A DNA stretch of 58,924 bases from an archaeon 13_1_40CM_2_52_13 (GCA_001919285.1 MNHO01000022.1:14444-73367); one strand, 5' to 3'; shown: positions 1 to 9,717, counted from the first letter of the stretch. Translations and numbers: made by a program. The notes: generated from the letters alone by a model not told the origin.

Positions 1-608
1 GGATTGGCCGAATTTGCTGCGGCGACGAAGGTCGAAGTCGAGACGCTGGTACTGATGAACGTGTCAGAACATGTGTTAGCCGCCGCACAGTGGCCCGGAT
101 TCGTGTTTGAGTAGGCCAAGAATGGAAAATGGTCTGAGCCCCTAGGGCAGCCTTCTGCACAGTAGGCCTGCCAAGTTAGCCCTGCCGCTGTAAGCCTGCT
201 TACGAGGTTCGTAACTGTGAGGCACGGGGCTGATGCACGAGGACAATATCCGTCCGACTTGCCTTGGTCCGAGCCTGAGGTTAGTGCCAGATAACAAGCA
301 GCTGAACAACCGCTTATCGAACGTCCAGACACACCGTAGCCCTGATAGTTAGTGTCTATTGAGCCGGCAGCGGCTAGACTCGGTATGAATGAACTAGAAC
401 CAAGACCGCATACAATGACTCCAGTGCAGTAGTTCTGGTTCTCCATCGCGACAAAGACCGCATTATCAAACATCGACCCATGTGGTGCATTGTTTGGGGC
501 TGATGATTGAGCTGGGTGAAGAAGGAATTGGGAGGCTATGGTGCCGGCGAAGATCGCAAGCAGACAGAGGGAGATTGCTTTGAGACTGTTCTCCCTCGCT
601 TTACTCAG
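1..608 (-). CDS. secreted phosphoesterase-family-like protein; partial, C-terminal part runs off the left edge
   Basis: The minus-strand frame is open from nt 1 up to the TAG at 615-617, about 200 codons. It is absent from the ORF track because no ATG/GTG/TTG precedes the signal peptide. The translation reads (CTG)SKARENSLKAISLCLLAIFAGTIASQ...FVAMENQNY...IPSLAAAGSIDTNYQGY...LTWQAYCAEG...HFPFLAYSN. It has a signal-anchor, and its layout is reminiscent of PF04185-type phosphoesterases. Confidence 0.45.
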   Translation of the reverse strand, partial: MSKARENSLKAISLCLLAIFAGTIASQFLLHPAQSSAPNNAPHGSMFDNAVFVAMENQNYCTGVIVCGLGSSSFIPSLAAAGSIDTNYQGYGVSGRSISGCSAACYLALTSGSDQGKSDGYCPRASAPCLTVTNLVSRLTAAGLTWQAYCAEGCPRGSDHFPFLAYSNTNPGHCAAANTCSDTFISTSVSTSTFVAAANSAN

Positions 609-1578
609 TTGCCGCTATTCTCCAGGCCCCGGAGGAGAGGCTAGAAGCCGAAGGGATCTGTGCTTCCACTGCGAGATCATTCTCGCAAAGTATCCTACAG
701 CGGAATCTGTACGATTCCTCAACCTGATGACCAAAATCCCCGTATCCGACTTTTGAAAATATAACACTTGTGGTAATATGTGTTGTTATGTCATACAACC
801 GACTATCCATCCGAATAGTCCAACACCGAACCATGCTTCACAGAAAAAACGTAAACTTGTGGACGTGGTAGAATCTCAAAAGTAATCTATAGGTTTCTTT
901 CGAGAGCTATAATCTATTATACGGAGAATGATGAGATTCTAGCAGGGTCCCCAGGATATCTTGACCTGATGACCACCCAAGAGCGTCTTGCGACCCTCTT
1001 GGTTCGGGTTTCTTACCCTGGGGCCCTTGTCTTCCTTCTCAGAAAGAACCGCGACTAAATTATCGACACGAGTTTGTTCTGAGGAATCTGCATTCCTGTC
1101 TCAAACGCTACGAGCACTCCGATATGGCAAAGCACTCTATGGTTGAAGGAGGGCGCTCGGTCTCTTGGTTTAGAGGGAAAGAAAGAGTTGTGCTGTTCGC
1201 CTCTGGGTCCTCGTCACTGGGTTGTTGGAGAGACAGCATAATGAGAATGAGTTGGAATCTAGCATCGCGATTGACAGCGGCTCCCACGGGCATGGTGGAG
1301 TACCTGTCCATCGCTCACAGGGACGCAAATGTTCCTCTGCGCATATAATCGTTTGGATACGGCATCGGGAACCGAGGAGACTGGAGTTTCTTCAAGGTTG
1401 ATGCCACTGTCTATTGTCAACCGTGGATATCTCGATCACCCATTTGATCAAGCGATAGACCCTAAAGTGACGACTGGTCTGCCTTCTCCGAAGCCTGTCA
1501 CGTGACCTACTGTGCGCAGCGCCCGAAAACTGGCCTATGTCTTATAGCGACCTTTTGAAGAACGGGGTTCGTTGAACG

Positions 1579-2451
1579 TTGGACCTCAACAGATCGATTG
1601 TAGAGAGCGCGATTCGATCATTCTTGGCTGAGGATCTCGGATATGGAGACATTACCACCAATGTTCTGGTGGACTCCGAGCGTAAAGGCGAGGGACGAGT
1701 CGTCTGCAGAGAGAACGCAGTGATCGCTGGAATAGAGGAAGCGGTTATTCTTCTCGAACTCGTCGGTTGCCAAGGAACAGCTAAGACTCGTGACGGCGGT
1801 CGCGTAAAAGCGGGGACAATGATTCTTTCGGCTCGCGGTCCTGCGCGTGCGTTGCTGGGTGTTGAGCGGACCTTGTTGAATCTGCTGTCCCACATGTCGG
1901 GAGTTGCAACATCAACAGCAGATCTCGTATCGATCGCCAATAAGGAGAGTCGGGACAAGATCAGGATCGCGTGTACTAGGAAGACGCTTCCGGGTCTGAG
2001 ATATTTCGAGAAGCGGGCTGTCGAGCTTGGTGGCGGCGACACGCATCGTCTCAGGCTGGATGATGCTGTGCTGATCAAGGATAATCATCTAGAGCTCGCG
2101 GGTTCTGTAGGTGCGTGTGTTCGAAAGGCGAAGGAGAGAGTGAGTTTCACAAGGAAGGTCGAGGTCGAAGTGACGAACCCTGACCAGGCAGTCGAGGCGG
2201 CTGAGGCGGGAGCCGACATCGTTTTGCTCGACAATATGACTCCGAAGGAAGTGGCAAGTTCGGTGAGCTTGTTGATGAGCAGGGGTCTTCGAGACCGGGT
2301 CCTAGTTGAAACGTCAGGCGGGATAAGAAGAGAGAATCTTGCAAGTTACGCGAGGACCGGGGTGGACGTAATTTCTGTCGGGGCAATTACCCACTCTGCA
2401 CCTGCTGTTGACGTTAGTCTAGAGATACATGCCTCTCGAAAGGGGGGATAA
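1579..2451 (+). CDS. nadC: nicotinate-nucleotide pyrophosphorylase (quinolinate phosphoribosyltransferase)
   Basis: This is a 290 aa ORF with a TTG start. It shows a typical NadC layout: FLAEDLGYGDITT, CTRKTLPGLR, DTHR, LLDNM and ETSGGI. Confidence 0.9.
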   Translation: MDLNRSIVESAIRSFLAEDLGYGDITTNVLVDSERKGEGRVVCRENAVIAGIEEAVILLELVGCQGTAKTRDGGRVKAGTMILSARGPARALLGVERTLLNLLSHMSGVATSTADLVSIANKESRDKIRIACTRKTLPGLRYFEKRAVELGGGDTHRLRLDDAVLIKDNHLELAGSVGACVRKAKERVSFTRKVEVEVTNPDQAVEAAEAGADIVLLDNMTPKEVASSVSLLMSRGLRDRVLVETSGGIRRENLASYARTGVDVISVGAITHSAPAVDVSLEIHASRKGG

Positions 2452-2537
2452 GTGTCCTGAGTTCGAAGACAAGCCAGCTGATCAGGAAAGCCGAAACAAT
2501 CAGGGTCCGAGAGCATCGACTCAAGCCAGGTCTGCGA

Positions 2538-3317
2538 TTGAAGACCCAAGTTGAGATCTTCGAGTTCATTCATGATAGGGGTCTCGTCTCGGCGTTGGGA
2601 GGTAACGAGCTTCCAAGCTTCATCAGCGCAGTATTAGGCAAACCATGGAAGCCATCGTCGAAGGGTTTCACTGGCTGGATGGACTGGTGGTCGATCAAGA
2701 TCTCCGGCCAATCGGTAGCCCATGTTTCCCAGGATATTGAAGGAAGAAAGGACATTCTCGCTAACAGAATATTCAGACGGACTAAGACCTTCGTATCCAA
2801 CAAACTCTGGCCGATAGTCGACACCATCGTGAAACATCACCAGGACCCCGCGGTCAAACAACAGATTCTCTCAGACATCGAACTGAAGATTCTGGAAGCC
2901 ATTGAGAGGGAGGGTTCGATCCGTACGGATCGCTTGAGAAAGAAGCTCAAGCTGGAAGCCAAAGAAAACAATTCTAGGTTTCACCGTTCACTAACCAACC
3001 TAGAAAGCTACGGGCTAATAGTTGGTGTTGAAGACCCTCATCCTGAGAAGCATCTGCACGCCAACATCTGGCAGACGTGGGATACAAGAACCCACGAGTC
3101 GAGAGGTCGTGCAAGCCTCTCCTATAGCGAAGCGTTAGCCAAACTCCTTGTGAAGACAATCGACGCAAGCATCCTTGTCCGCGAAGACCAGATACCCCAA
3201 TGGTTTAAGTGGAATTCCGACATACGAGCCGCAAAGGATCAATTAATCCTGGATGGTGCTATTCTGAAGTCCGGCCAATACCTCGTTTCATCCAGGGTCC
3301 GCGATGTCAATAGTTAA
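2538..3317 (+). CDS. hypothetical protein with a central winged-helix-like segment
   Basis: This is a 259 aa ORF. The segment LKILEAIEREGSIRTDRLRKKLKL...RFHRSLTNLESYGLIVG looks like a wHTH. It overlaps the next ORF by 14 nt, which suggests an operon. Confidence 0.4.
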   Translation: MKTQVEIFEFIHDRGLVSALGGNELPSFISAVLGKPWKPSSKGFTGWMDWWSIKISGQSVAHVSQDIEGRKDILANRIFRRTKTFVSNKLWPIVDTIVKHHQDPAVKQQILSDIELKILEAIEREGSIRTDRLRKKLKLEAKENNSRFHRSLTNLESYGLIVGVEDPHPEKHLHANIWQTWDTRTHESRGRASLSYSEALAKLLVKTIDASILVREDQIPQWFKWNSDIRAAKDQLILDGAILKSGQYLVSSRVRDVNS

Positions 3318-4356
3318 TGACCGAGCACCCCCCGAATTTGGCCCTATGGGAACCTCGCCAGCCGGGGCCTCAAGCTCCGACCTATCCAGTAGAGCGCAAA
3401 TCATAAACCGGATCGAGAGAGACGCAGGCGTACCCCAACTAGCAGATATCCTCTCTGATCGCCTTGCACCAACCGATCTACAATCGTTGCTATTGGAGGT
3501 GTCCGCGCGCAGAGCAAAGAGGCGCGACCCGAAAGCGTTACTTGACGATCACGTCTCAAACCGGTTCACCCAGCCTTCCGTCTCCAATCCCAGATGCCTT
3601 CTTGAATGGGACAGAGTAGCATTCTCGAAACTACCCAAAGACTTCCGGCTCGTTGAACTCTCACCTGTCTGCCCTCTGGGAGCCGCCTCCGTTCTATCTC
3701 CAATTAGTCAGGATTGGATCGTTTCGACGATCCGGAATACCGAGGTTGTCGCGGACTCGACCAATGTGCTCGCACTTGAATGCGCGGTTAGACGCCGCGA
3801 GCAGAAGACCTTCTCCACCGGTAGTGCGGCTCCGGTACATCTCGCAGCAAGCCACCGCGTTCTAAGAGGCCAGAAGATGAGTCTCGGTCCTAGTGTTCGG
3901 CAACACTTCAGACTCTTTTCCTTGTGCAGTGCAGGCCGCGACCCAGGTAATCTTCGATTTGAGATCGAAACAGTGCGCCTCCACGTCGGATTCTTCCTTA
4001 CGGGGCTCAAGAAGTTTCTAGGGTCTAAGATACCTCTTCGGGTCACCGTTTCCGACTTCGGCTCTAACGTTCCACGTTCAATGGTTGAATCGGGAGTCGT
4101 TGACAAGCTTCAATCCTCACACAAGGGCGTAAAAATCGGATTTGACCAGGACAGGAAGCAGGGTCGAGGATACTATGCCGAGTTGTGTTTCAAGATTTCT
4201 GTAACTTCGCTCGAGGGCAAGGAGCAGGAACTCGTTGACGGGGGAGATGTTGATTGGACCCAGAGGCTACTGAACAACGCAAAGGAGCGCCTCGTCATCA
4301 GTGGGTGTGGTAGCGAGAGACTATGCGAACTCTCTGGATCGGGCAGCTCTAGATGA
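3304..4356 (+). CDS. class II aminoacyl-tRNA-synthetase-like core protein (HisRS/HisZ-like paralog), function unknown
   Basis: This is a 350 aa ORF. RQHFRLFSLCSAG is motif-2-like. GRGYYAELCFKI resembles the HisRS RGLDYYTG..FE block. DGGDVDW...ERLVISGCGSERLCEL resembles HisRS motif 3 (GGRYD...G.aiG.eRl). No anticodon-binding domain is present. Confidence 0.4.
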   Translation: MSIVNDRAPPEFGPMGTSPAGASSSDLSSRAQIINRIERDAGVPQLADILSDRLAPTDLQSLLLEVSARRAKRRDPKALLDDHVSNRFTQPSVSNPRCLLEWDRVAFSKLPKDFRLVELSPVCPLGAASVLSPISQDWIVSTIRNTEVVADSTNVLALECAVRRREQKTFSTGSAAPVHLAASHRVLRGQKMSLGPSVRQHFRLFSLCSAGRDPGNLRFEIETVRLHVGFFLTGLKKFLGSKIPLRVTVSDFGSNVPRSMVESGVVDKLQSSHKGVKIGFDQDRKQGRGYYAELCFKISVTSLEGKEQELVDGGDVDWTQRLLNNAKERLVISGCGSERLCELSGSGSSR

Positions 4357-4373
4357 ATCACATGAACTGAATA

Positions 4374-4892
4374 TCAGATGCTGGCCCCGACAATCATCAA
4401 GATGAAGGTCACTGCGAGCAGGAAGACTCCCAGCCTTGCAGCCATACCCAGTCTCTTCTGCAAGTTTCCGACCTGAGCACCTATGGTAGCGTCGCCGCCG
4501 GGTACCGACTGTTTCTGCGACTGCTTCAGCAGCCCAACGAGCTTCCGACTAGTCGGTATTAGGACGCCGAAGGCGATCAGCAGGACGATGAGAGTCACGA
4601 CTGCCCCGACTTGGACATAGATCAGACCTGAGCTGGAGGGTGCAAGGGAGGTCGCGACCTGGGTGATATAGGCGTAAAGAGCGAGTCCTGCCACCGCGGC
4701 AGCGATAGAGCTTCCTCCGATGAACCTCATGTAGGATGGGAGTACGGACAACACGAATTCGCCTCTAGATGCGGGAGACATTCTTCTAAGTGCGGGACTC
4801 AAGACAGATACAAACAATGTGGCGCCTCCCATCCAGGCCACTATCGAGCCGACGTGAACAAGTAGCAGAACGAGAAATACGGCATCGGCCAT
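4374..4892 (-). CDS. integral membrane protein (about 4 TM segments)
   Basis: This is a 172 aa ORF with repeated hydrophobic stretches and an ATG start. Confidence 0.5.
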   Translation of the reverse strand: MADAVFLVLLLVHVGSIVAWMGGATLFVSVLSPALRRMSPASRGEFVLSVLPSYMRFIGGSSIAAAVAGLALYAYITQVATSLAPSSSGLIYVQVGAVVTLIVLLIAFGVLIPTSRKLVGLLKQSQKQSVPGGDATIGAQVGNLQKRLGMAARLGVFLLAVTFILMIVGASI

Positions 4893-5080
4893 TTCTTATT
4901 GAGACCTTTGTACGGGTTGGAAGCTTTGTTATTTATGGTGTGCGATTCTCTTCTGTATGCCGTCTGGTGACTGCGTTCTTACGATACCCTCACCAAGAGA
5001 AACGCATTACACGCCGACATCGGGTCGACATGGGATGACTTCGTCTCGAGCCCCGGAATCAACATTGCCCCTAACTGAAC

Positions 5081-5641
5081 TCATTTTGCTACTTGATATT
5101 CGGCAAGCTGATGTTGATCAATTACTCCGCCACCAACTCTCTTGTAGGCGAATCCTAAGACGAGGCCGGCAACGGCCGCTGCGAGGAAGCTAATGGCGAG
5201 CCCATATACTCGCGCCTCATCACCCAATGGTGTTGATTGTTGAGGGAATTGCGCTAGAGCGTAAAGCAAGTCGGCTACAATGCCGAAGATGGTGCTCCTG
5301 GCAAGAATATTCATGTTTCTCGGGAAAGATTTCTCAAGCCAGGAGAAAACAAAGCCGAGAACCGGTCCAACGATCAGTCCTAGGAAGAAAATCCATGAGA
5401 CTGCCATACCCACTGCGGTCTGAATCAGCTGGTCAGCTGTTGGAGGCGTTGTATAACCCAGTTCGGGAAATCCGGGCAGAATCGGCTGCGGCGGAGGAAT
5501 CCTCGGCTGAATCAGCGCCACTAATCTATCATGATAGACGCTAACAATGACAGCCACTCCAGTTGCCACGATGAAGGCCCAAACTATTCCCGATAGCAAA
5601 CCTGCAAAGATTCCTTTCGAGCCATCCCCCAATATCGACAC
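5081..5641 (-). CDS. integral membrane protein
   Basis: This is a 186 aa ORF with several predicted TM helices. I recognise no family. Confidence 0.45.
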   Translation of the reverse strand: MSILGDGSKGIFAGLLSGIVWAFIVATGVAVIVSVYHDRLVALIQPRIPPPQPILPGFPELGYTTPPTADQLIQTAVGMAVSWIFFLGLIVGPVLGFVFSWLEKSFPRNMNILARSTIFGIVADLLYALAQFPQQSTPLGDEARVYGLAISFLAAAVAGLVLGFAYKRVGGGVIDQHQLAEYQVAK

Positions 5642-5794
5642 TCGCCCAGTCTGAGACCAGGGCCATGTTCTGTTGATGGCGAAAGATATTGATTGTGGAT
5701 GACCCGGAAAACTTTGACTTCGGATAAGAAGGGTCTTTCATGTACAAGACCTGAACCGCTCGAAGGTTTTTAGGAAGTCAGTCTTGGAGGACAA

Positions 5795-7294
5795 TTGCTT
5801 ATCATGACACTCTTTAGCAATCCGTTGGTCGTTGACCTCCTGGCCAAGTATAGACCCATCGCGGCAATGACCCATACCTCCGCTCTGTTTCAGTGGGACT
5901 TGGAGACCAACATGCCCGAAGCTGGCGCCAATGCAAGAGCCCAGGCTCAAGCAGAGATTGAACTTCTACGTCAGAAGATGACCCTAGACCTAACAGGACT
6001 TATCGAGAAAGCTGAGAAACAGAAGACTCTCAACGATGCCGAGAAGGGAGTTATCCGTGTCATCAAGAGAGAACTGGATTTCTACCAGAAGATTCCAGCA
6101 GATCTGCTTGAGCAGCTGCAGAAGGCTACTGTCGAAGCGTCCGTCCCCTGGAGAGAAGCGCGGAAGAAGGCCGACTTCCGAATCTTCCAGCCCCACCTAG
6201 AGAAAATAACTGATCTGAAAAGGAAGCAGGCAGAACGTCTCAACCCGTCAACACATCCCTACAACGCGCTACTGGACCTATTCGAGGAAGGACTGACGAT
6301 CACCGACCTAGACCAGATCTTTTCCGTCCTCATCCCTCAGCTCAAGAAGATTCTCGCCAAGACCCTCGGGCAGGGAAAATTCCCTGAGAAGCATCCCTTG
6401 GAAGAAGCAGACTATGATGTTGAAGCGTTGAAACAGGTAAACGAGAAACTCACGTCGCTGCTTGACATGCCTGGAAAGAGATTTCGTCAGGATGTTTCCA
6501 CGCACCCTTTCTCGATAAGAATCGCTGGCGATGACGTGCGGATCACGACGAGGTACCAGCCTAAGAACTTCAAGGCCTCAATGTTCGGCCTGATCCACGA
6601 ATGCGGCCACGCACTCTACGAGCTCCAGGTGGACCGCGAGTTAGATTTCACACCTTCCGGGACAGGCGTCTCCTCGGGAGTGCACGAGTCCCAATCTCGG
6701 TTCTGGGAGAATATTGTCGGAAGAAGCAGACAATTCACGTCCATGACCTATCCTCTCCTCAAAACCAAGCTCAGCTCCCTCTCCCTCTACGACGAGAACC
6801 AGGTCTACTCATACTTCAACACGGTAAGACCCAGCCTGATACGAGTCGAGGCGGACGAGCTGACCTACAACTTCCACATCGCCATGAGATACGAGCTGGA
6901 GAAGAAAATGTTGCAGGGAACCGTCCAAGTGTCAGAACTGCCCTCTGTCTGGAATGATATGATCGAGGAGTATCTCGGCAAGAGACCACCCGACGACGCG
7001 CAAGGAGTCCTTCAAGACGTCCATTGGAGCTGGGGGCAATACGCCAACTTCCCAGGCTACTCCCTCGGAAACGTAATCGCAGGAATGCTCTGGAATACCC
7101 TCACAAGGAAACAGCTGCTCCCGATCAAAGGAGACAAAAGCATCCCAGCACTCAAGGGATGGCTGGCAGAAAACATCCACAAACCAGGCGCAACATACCC
7201 GCCCAAGGAACTACTCAATCGAGTCTTCGGCCACGGATACGATCCGTCCGGACTGGTAAGCTATCTCGAAAACAAGTATCTCGCTCCGAACTGA
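5795..7294 (+). CDS. M32 family metallocarboxypeptidase (Taq-type carboxypeptidase)
   Basis: This is a 499 aa ORF with the HECGHALYE (HExxH) zinc motif, plus downstream HESQSRFWEN and IRVEADE blocks typical of M32. GGAGG lies at 5786-5790, upstream of the TTG at 5795. An alternative ATG is at 5804. Confidence 0.85.
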   Translation: MLIMTLFSNPLVVDLLAKYRPIAAMTHTSALFQWDLETNMPEAGANARAQAQAEIELLRQKMTLDLTGLIEKAEKQKTLNDAEKGVIRVIKRELDFYQKIPADLLEQLQKATVEASVPWREARKKADFRIFQPHLEKITDLKRKQAERLNPSTHPYNALLDLFEEGLTITDLDQIFSVLIPQLKKILAKTLGQGKFPEKHPLEEADYDVEALKQVNEKLTSLLDMPGKRFRQDVSTHPFSIRIAGDDVRITTRYQPKNFKASMFGLIHECGHALYELQVDRELDFTPSGTGVSSGVHESQSRFWENIVGRSRQFTSMTYPLLKTKLSSLSLYDENQVYSYFNTVRPSLIRVEADELTYNFHIAMRYELEKKMLQGTVQVSELPSVWNDMIEEYLGKRPPDDAQGVLQDVHWSWGQYANFPGYSLGNVIAGMLWNTLTRKQLLPIKGDKSIPALKGWLAENIHKPGATYPPKELLNRVFGHGYDPSGLVSYLENKYLAPN

Positions 7295-7299
7295 AACAA

Positions 7300-8094
7300 T
7301 CATTTTTGCATAGAATCGTTCTGGAGGTTTATGCCAAACCATTTTCGTAACAGCCTATCGAACTCTCCTCGACTCTTAACAAGGCGTTCAATTCGCCTGT
7401 CTCCTCTCGTCACGATGAGCTTCGAATCTGTGAGAGTCACCCTCCCATCTCGTGTTAGCAGAGTGCACAATCGGCCTTTCTTGAAATGCGAGTTCGGAGA
7501 AGCCTGTTGATAGCGGCATCTAGGGACGAAATCCCCAAGCCTTCGAGGGCGAAGACTGAACAGGTATTGAGGCTCCCAGAGATCATTGTCTCGATCCCAC
7601 CGAGACAGCAACCTCCGTCCAGCAGCGCGAGTGATACGGTAGACTCTTCCATTGTCAGCTTGTGAACCTGAATAATCTAGCCGTTTTGGTTCTGTAAACG
7701 AGTCTCCGAAACCAACATCGACCAACCAGCGATCCTTCATCGTGACGAGCAAAGTCATATGATCAAACTCTGGAGTGAAACCACCATTCTTTCGCGCAAC
7801 TCGTGCTGAAAGCATGCGCACCTTGAAACCCAAGCTCGTGAGCAGCGCTGCCAAGGATCCGTTGAGTTCGTAGCAGAAACCTCCACGTTTCTGAGTAACG
7901 ATCTTCTTGTAGAACGCATCATCATTGAGAACTATCGGGCGTCCCAAGTGGATGTCAAGATTCTCAAACGGTATGGAAAGCAAATGCTTCTTGTGAAGCC
8001 CACGCAGACTCTCAACCTTCGGCGGAGTCGGCCCACGATACCTAATTCGGGCAAGGTAGGCACCAGTTGGATCGGCAAGGTGTCGCGTTTTCAG
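7300..8094 (-). CDS. arylamine N-acetyltransferase
   Basis: It carries PFENLDIHLG and GGFCYELN (catalytic Cys) motifs. Family-conserved N-terminal sequence (AYLARIRYRGPTPPKVESLRGLHKKHL) continues upstream of the track start at 7983, as far as the TAG at 8101-8103. The only start-like codon there is CTG at 8092-8094. Confidence 0.8.
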   Translation of the reverse strand: MKTRHLADPTGAYLARIRYRGPTPPKVESLRGLHKKHLLSIPFENLDIHLGRPIVLNDDAFYKKIVTQKRGGFCYELNGSLAALLTSLGFKVRMLSARVARKNGGFTPEFDHMTLLVTMKDRWLVDVGFGDSFTEPKRLDYSGSQADNGRVYRITRAAGRRLLSRWDRDNDLWEPQYLFSLRPRRLGDFVPRCRYQQASPNSHFKKGRLCTLLTRDGRVTLTDSKLIVTRGDRRIERLVKSRGEFDRLLRKWFGINLQNDSMQK

Positions 8095-8149
8095 TGAAAC
8101 CTACGACCCGGAACGGATCGATTAGGGCACAAGCATCAACGGCTTTGAT

Positions 8150-9184
8150 CTAAGCTAGCTGCAGCATTCTCTCGATAGAGAGCCTAGCTCGATCGGCGGT
8201 CTCCTTTGGAACTTTGACCTCGTACACCATGTCCCTCAGTGACCGGAAGACCTTCTCCAAGGTTATGGTCTTCATGTACTGGCAGACAGCATCATCCTTT
8301 ACTGGCAAGAACGTCTTGTCAGGATTCTCCTTCTTCATCCGATGGAGAATGCCCGTTTCTGTAGCGACGAGGAACTTGTTTGCTGATGACTGTCGTGCGT
8401 GGCGTACCATTCCTTCAGTAGAGTAGACTTGTGTCATTGGAAGGTTGAAGTCGCCCTTCTCTGAGAAGTAGAGGAACTGTGTGACACATCCGCATTCTGG
8501 GTGGACTAGGAATTCCGCGTCCCGGTGCTCTTCGAGCTTCTTGTTGATGACGTCGGGTGTGATACCTGCGTGAACATGACACTCTCCCGGCCAGACCTCC
8601 ATCTTACGCTGGGTCTTCTCCATAACATAGGCTCCGAGGAACATGTCTGGCAGAAAGAGAATCTCCCGGTCTCGCGGAATACTATTCACCACCTTTACGG
8701 CGTTGCCTGAGGTGCAGGCGTAGTCGCTCTCAGCCTTCACCTCAGCCGTCGTGTTGACGTACGATACGACAACGGCGTTTGGGTGTTCCTTCTTCCAAGC
8801 CCGTAATTTATCAGCGTCAATGGTTGCAGCCAAGGAACATCCCGCTCCCAGGTCAGGGAGAAGGACTTTTTTCTGCGGAGATATGATTGAAGCAGTCTCG
8901 GCCATGAAATGGACCCCGCAAAACACGATCACATCAGCTTGAGTCCGAGCCGCGGCCTGAGACAGTCCGAGCGAATCGCCAACATAATCGGCGATGTCCT
9001 GAACCTCCGGGACCTGGTAGTTGTGTGACAGTATGACGGCGTTTCGCTCACGCTTGAGCCTCGTGACCTCCGCTACCAGATCTTCTCTATCCGCAGACTC
9101 AAGCGTGGTGGGCAATAGTCGACGTCTAATTGGCAGGATGTCAAATCCTCGGTTAAAATGTTGCTTCGAGGATGCCCCCGCCAA
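8150..9184 (-). CDS. nadA: quinolinate synthase
   Basis: This is a 344 aa ORF with NadA blocks: ILSHNYQ, DYVGDSL, FCGVHFMAETA, VVSYVNT, HPEC and ATETG. Confidence 0.9.
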   Translation of the reverse strand: MAGASSKQHFNRGFDILPIRRRLLPTTLESADREDLVAEVTRLKRERNAVILSHNYQVPEVQDIADYVGDSLGLSQAAARTQADVIVFCGVHFMAETASIISPQKKVLLPDLGAGCSLAATIDADKLRAWKKEHPNAVVVSYVNTTAEVKAESDYACTSGNAVKVVNSIPRDREILFLPDMFLGAYVMEKTQRKMEVWPGECHVHAGITPDVINKKLEEHRDAEFLVHPECGCVTQFLYFSEKGDFNLPMTQVYSTEGMVRHARQSSANKFLVATETGILHRMKKENPDKTFLPVKDDAVCQYMKTITLEKVFRSLRDMVYEVKVPKETADRARLSIERMLQLA

Positions 9185-9358
9185 GAAACCTAGCTAGGGT
9201 GCTAAGTAACAACATTGTTTTCCTCGACGTCTACGATACTAGACTTGGGTTCCTTGAGATTCCAAAATAGTTGATGATGGATTGAATCCCTCTACTGGAT
9301 CCCGAGAGTCCTCGAGCATCGGTACGAAGGCAACGGCTGAGATAGAGATGATTCACTG

Positions 9359-9709
9359 GTGAAGTTTAGCTGGCGCGACGTGGCTGAAGATGTGGAGAAG
9401 CATGCTCACAAACTAGCCGAGGACATATTCGCCCTCGAACCGGACGTAGCGGAAGAAGTTGACCTCAAGGCATTATTCGAGCGCATTCTTGGGAAAGAGG
9501 ACTGGACCGACAAGCTAGCCGGGCAGCTTGGAAGGTTCAAGGGGCTCTTTCACCGACCTCAGAAAGAGACCGAACTCCCTGAGGATCTCAAACAACTCAT
9601 TCCGAACATGGGAGATGTAGAGCGGGCTTATGTGGAGATAACAAGTGGGTACAAGGACTTCATCAAAGCAGTCTGGGTCGCACAGCACGAGCGACAGTGG
9701 CGCGAGTAA
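9359..9709 (+). CDS. hypothetical protein
   Basis: This is a 116 aa ORF with a GTG start. It is acidic and helical-looking, with no recognisable family. Confidence 0.3.
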   Translation: MKFSWRDVAEDVEKHAHKLAEDIFALEPDVAEEVDLKALFERILGKEDWTDKLAGQLGRFKGLFHRPQKETELPEDLKQLIPNMGDVERAYVEITSGYKDFIKAVWVAQHERQWRE

Positions 9710-9717
9710 GCAGAGGT

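Noticed and set aside
722-975. 12 nt direct repeat ACCTGATGACCA (722-733 and 964-975), which includes a C-box-like TGATGA.
   Set aside because: By rough estimate, about a hundred 12-mer coincidences are expected by chance in a window this size. There is no D box, and the flanks show no extended similarity.
1108-1348. Two mutually overlapping ORFs (67 aa on the minus strand, 74 aa on the plus strand) in the 700 nt gap upstream of nadC.
   Set aside because: Neither has a recognisable family or an SD motif. They overlap each other antisense. I treat the gap as non-coding or promoter region. A 6-4-6 inverted repeat AGGAAT-CTGC-ATTCCT at 1082-1097 is too short to interpret.
2905-2935. tRNA T-loop-like GGGTTCGATCC.
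   Set aside because: The flanking bases cannot form a T-stem or an acceptor stem, and the sequence lies inside a continuous ORF. No tRNA was found anywhere in the window by eye.
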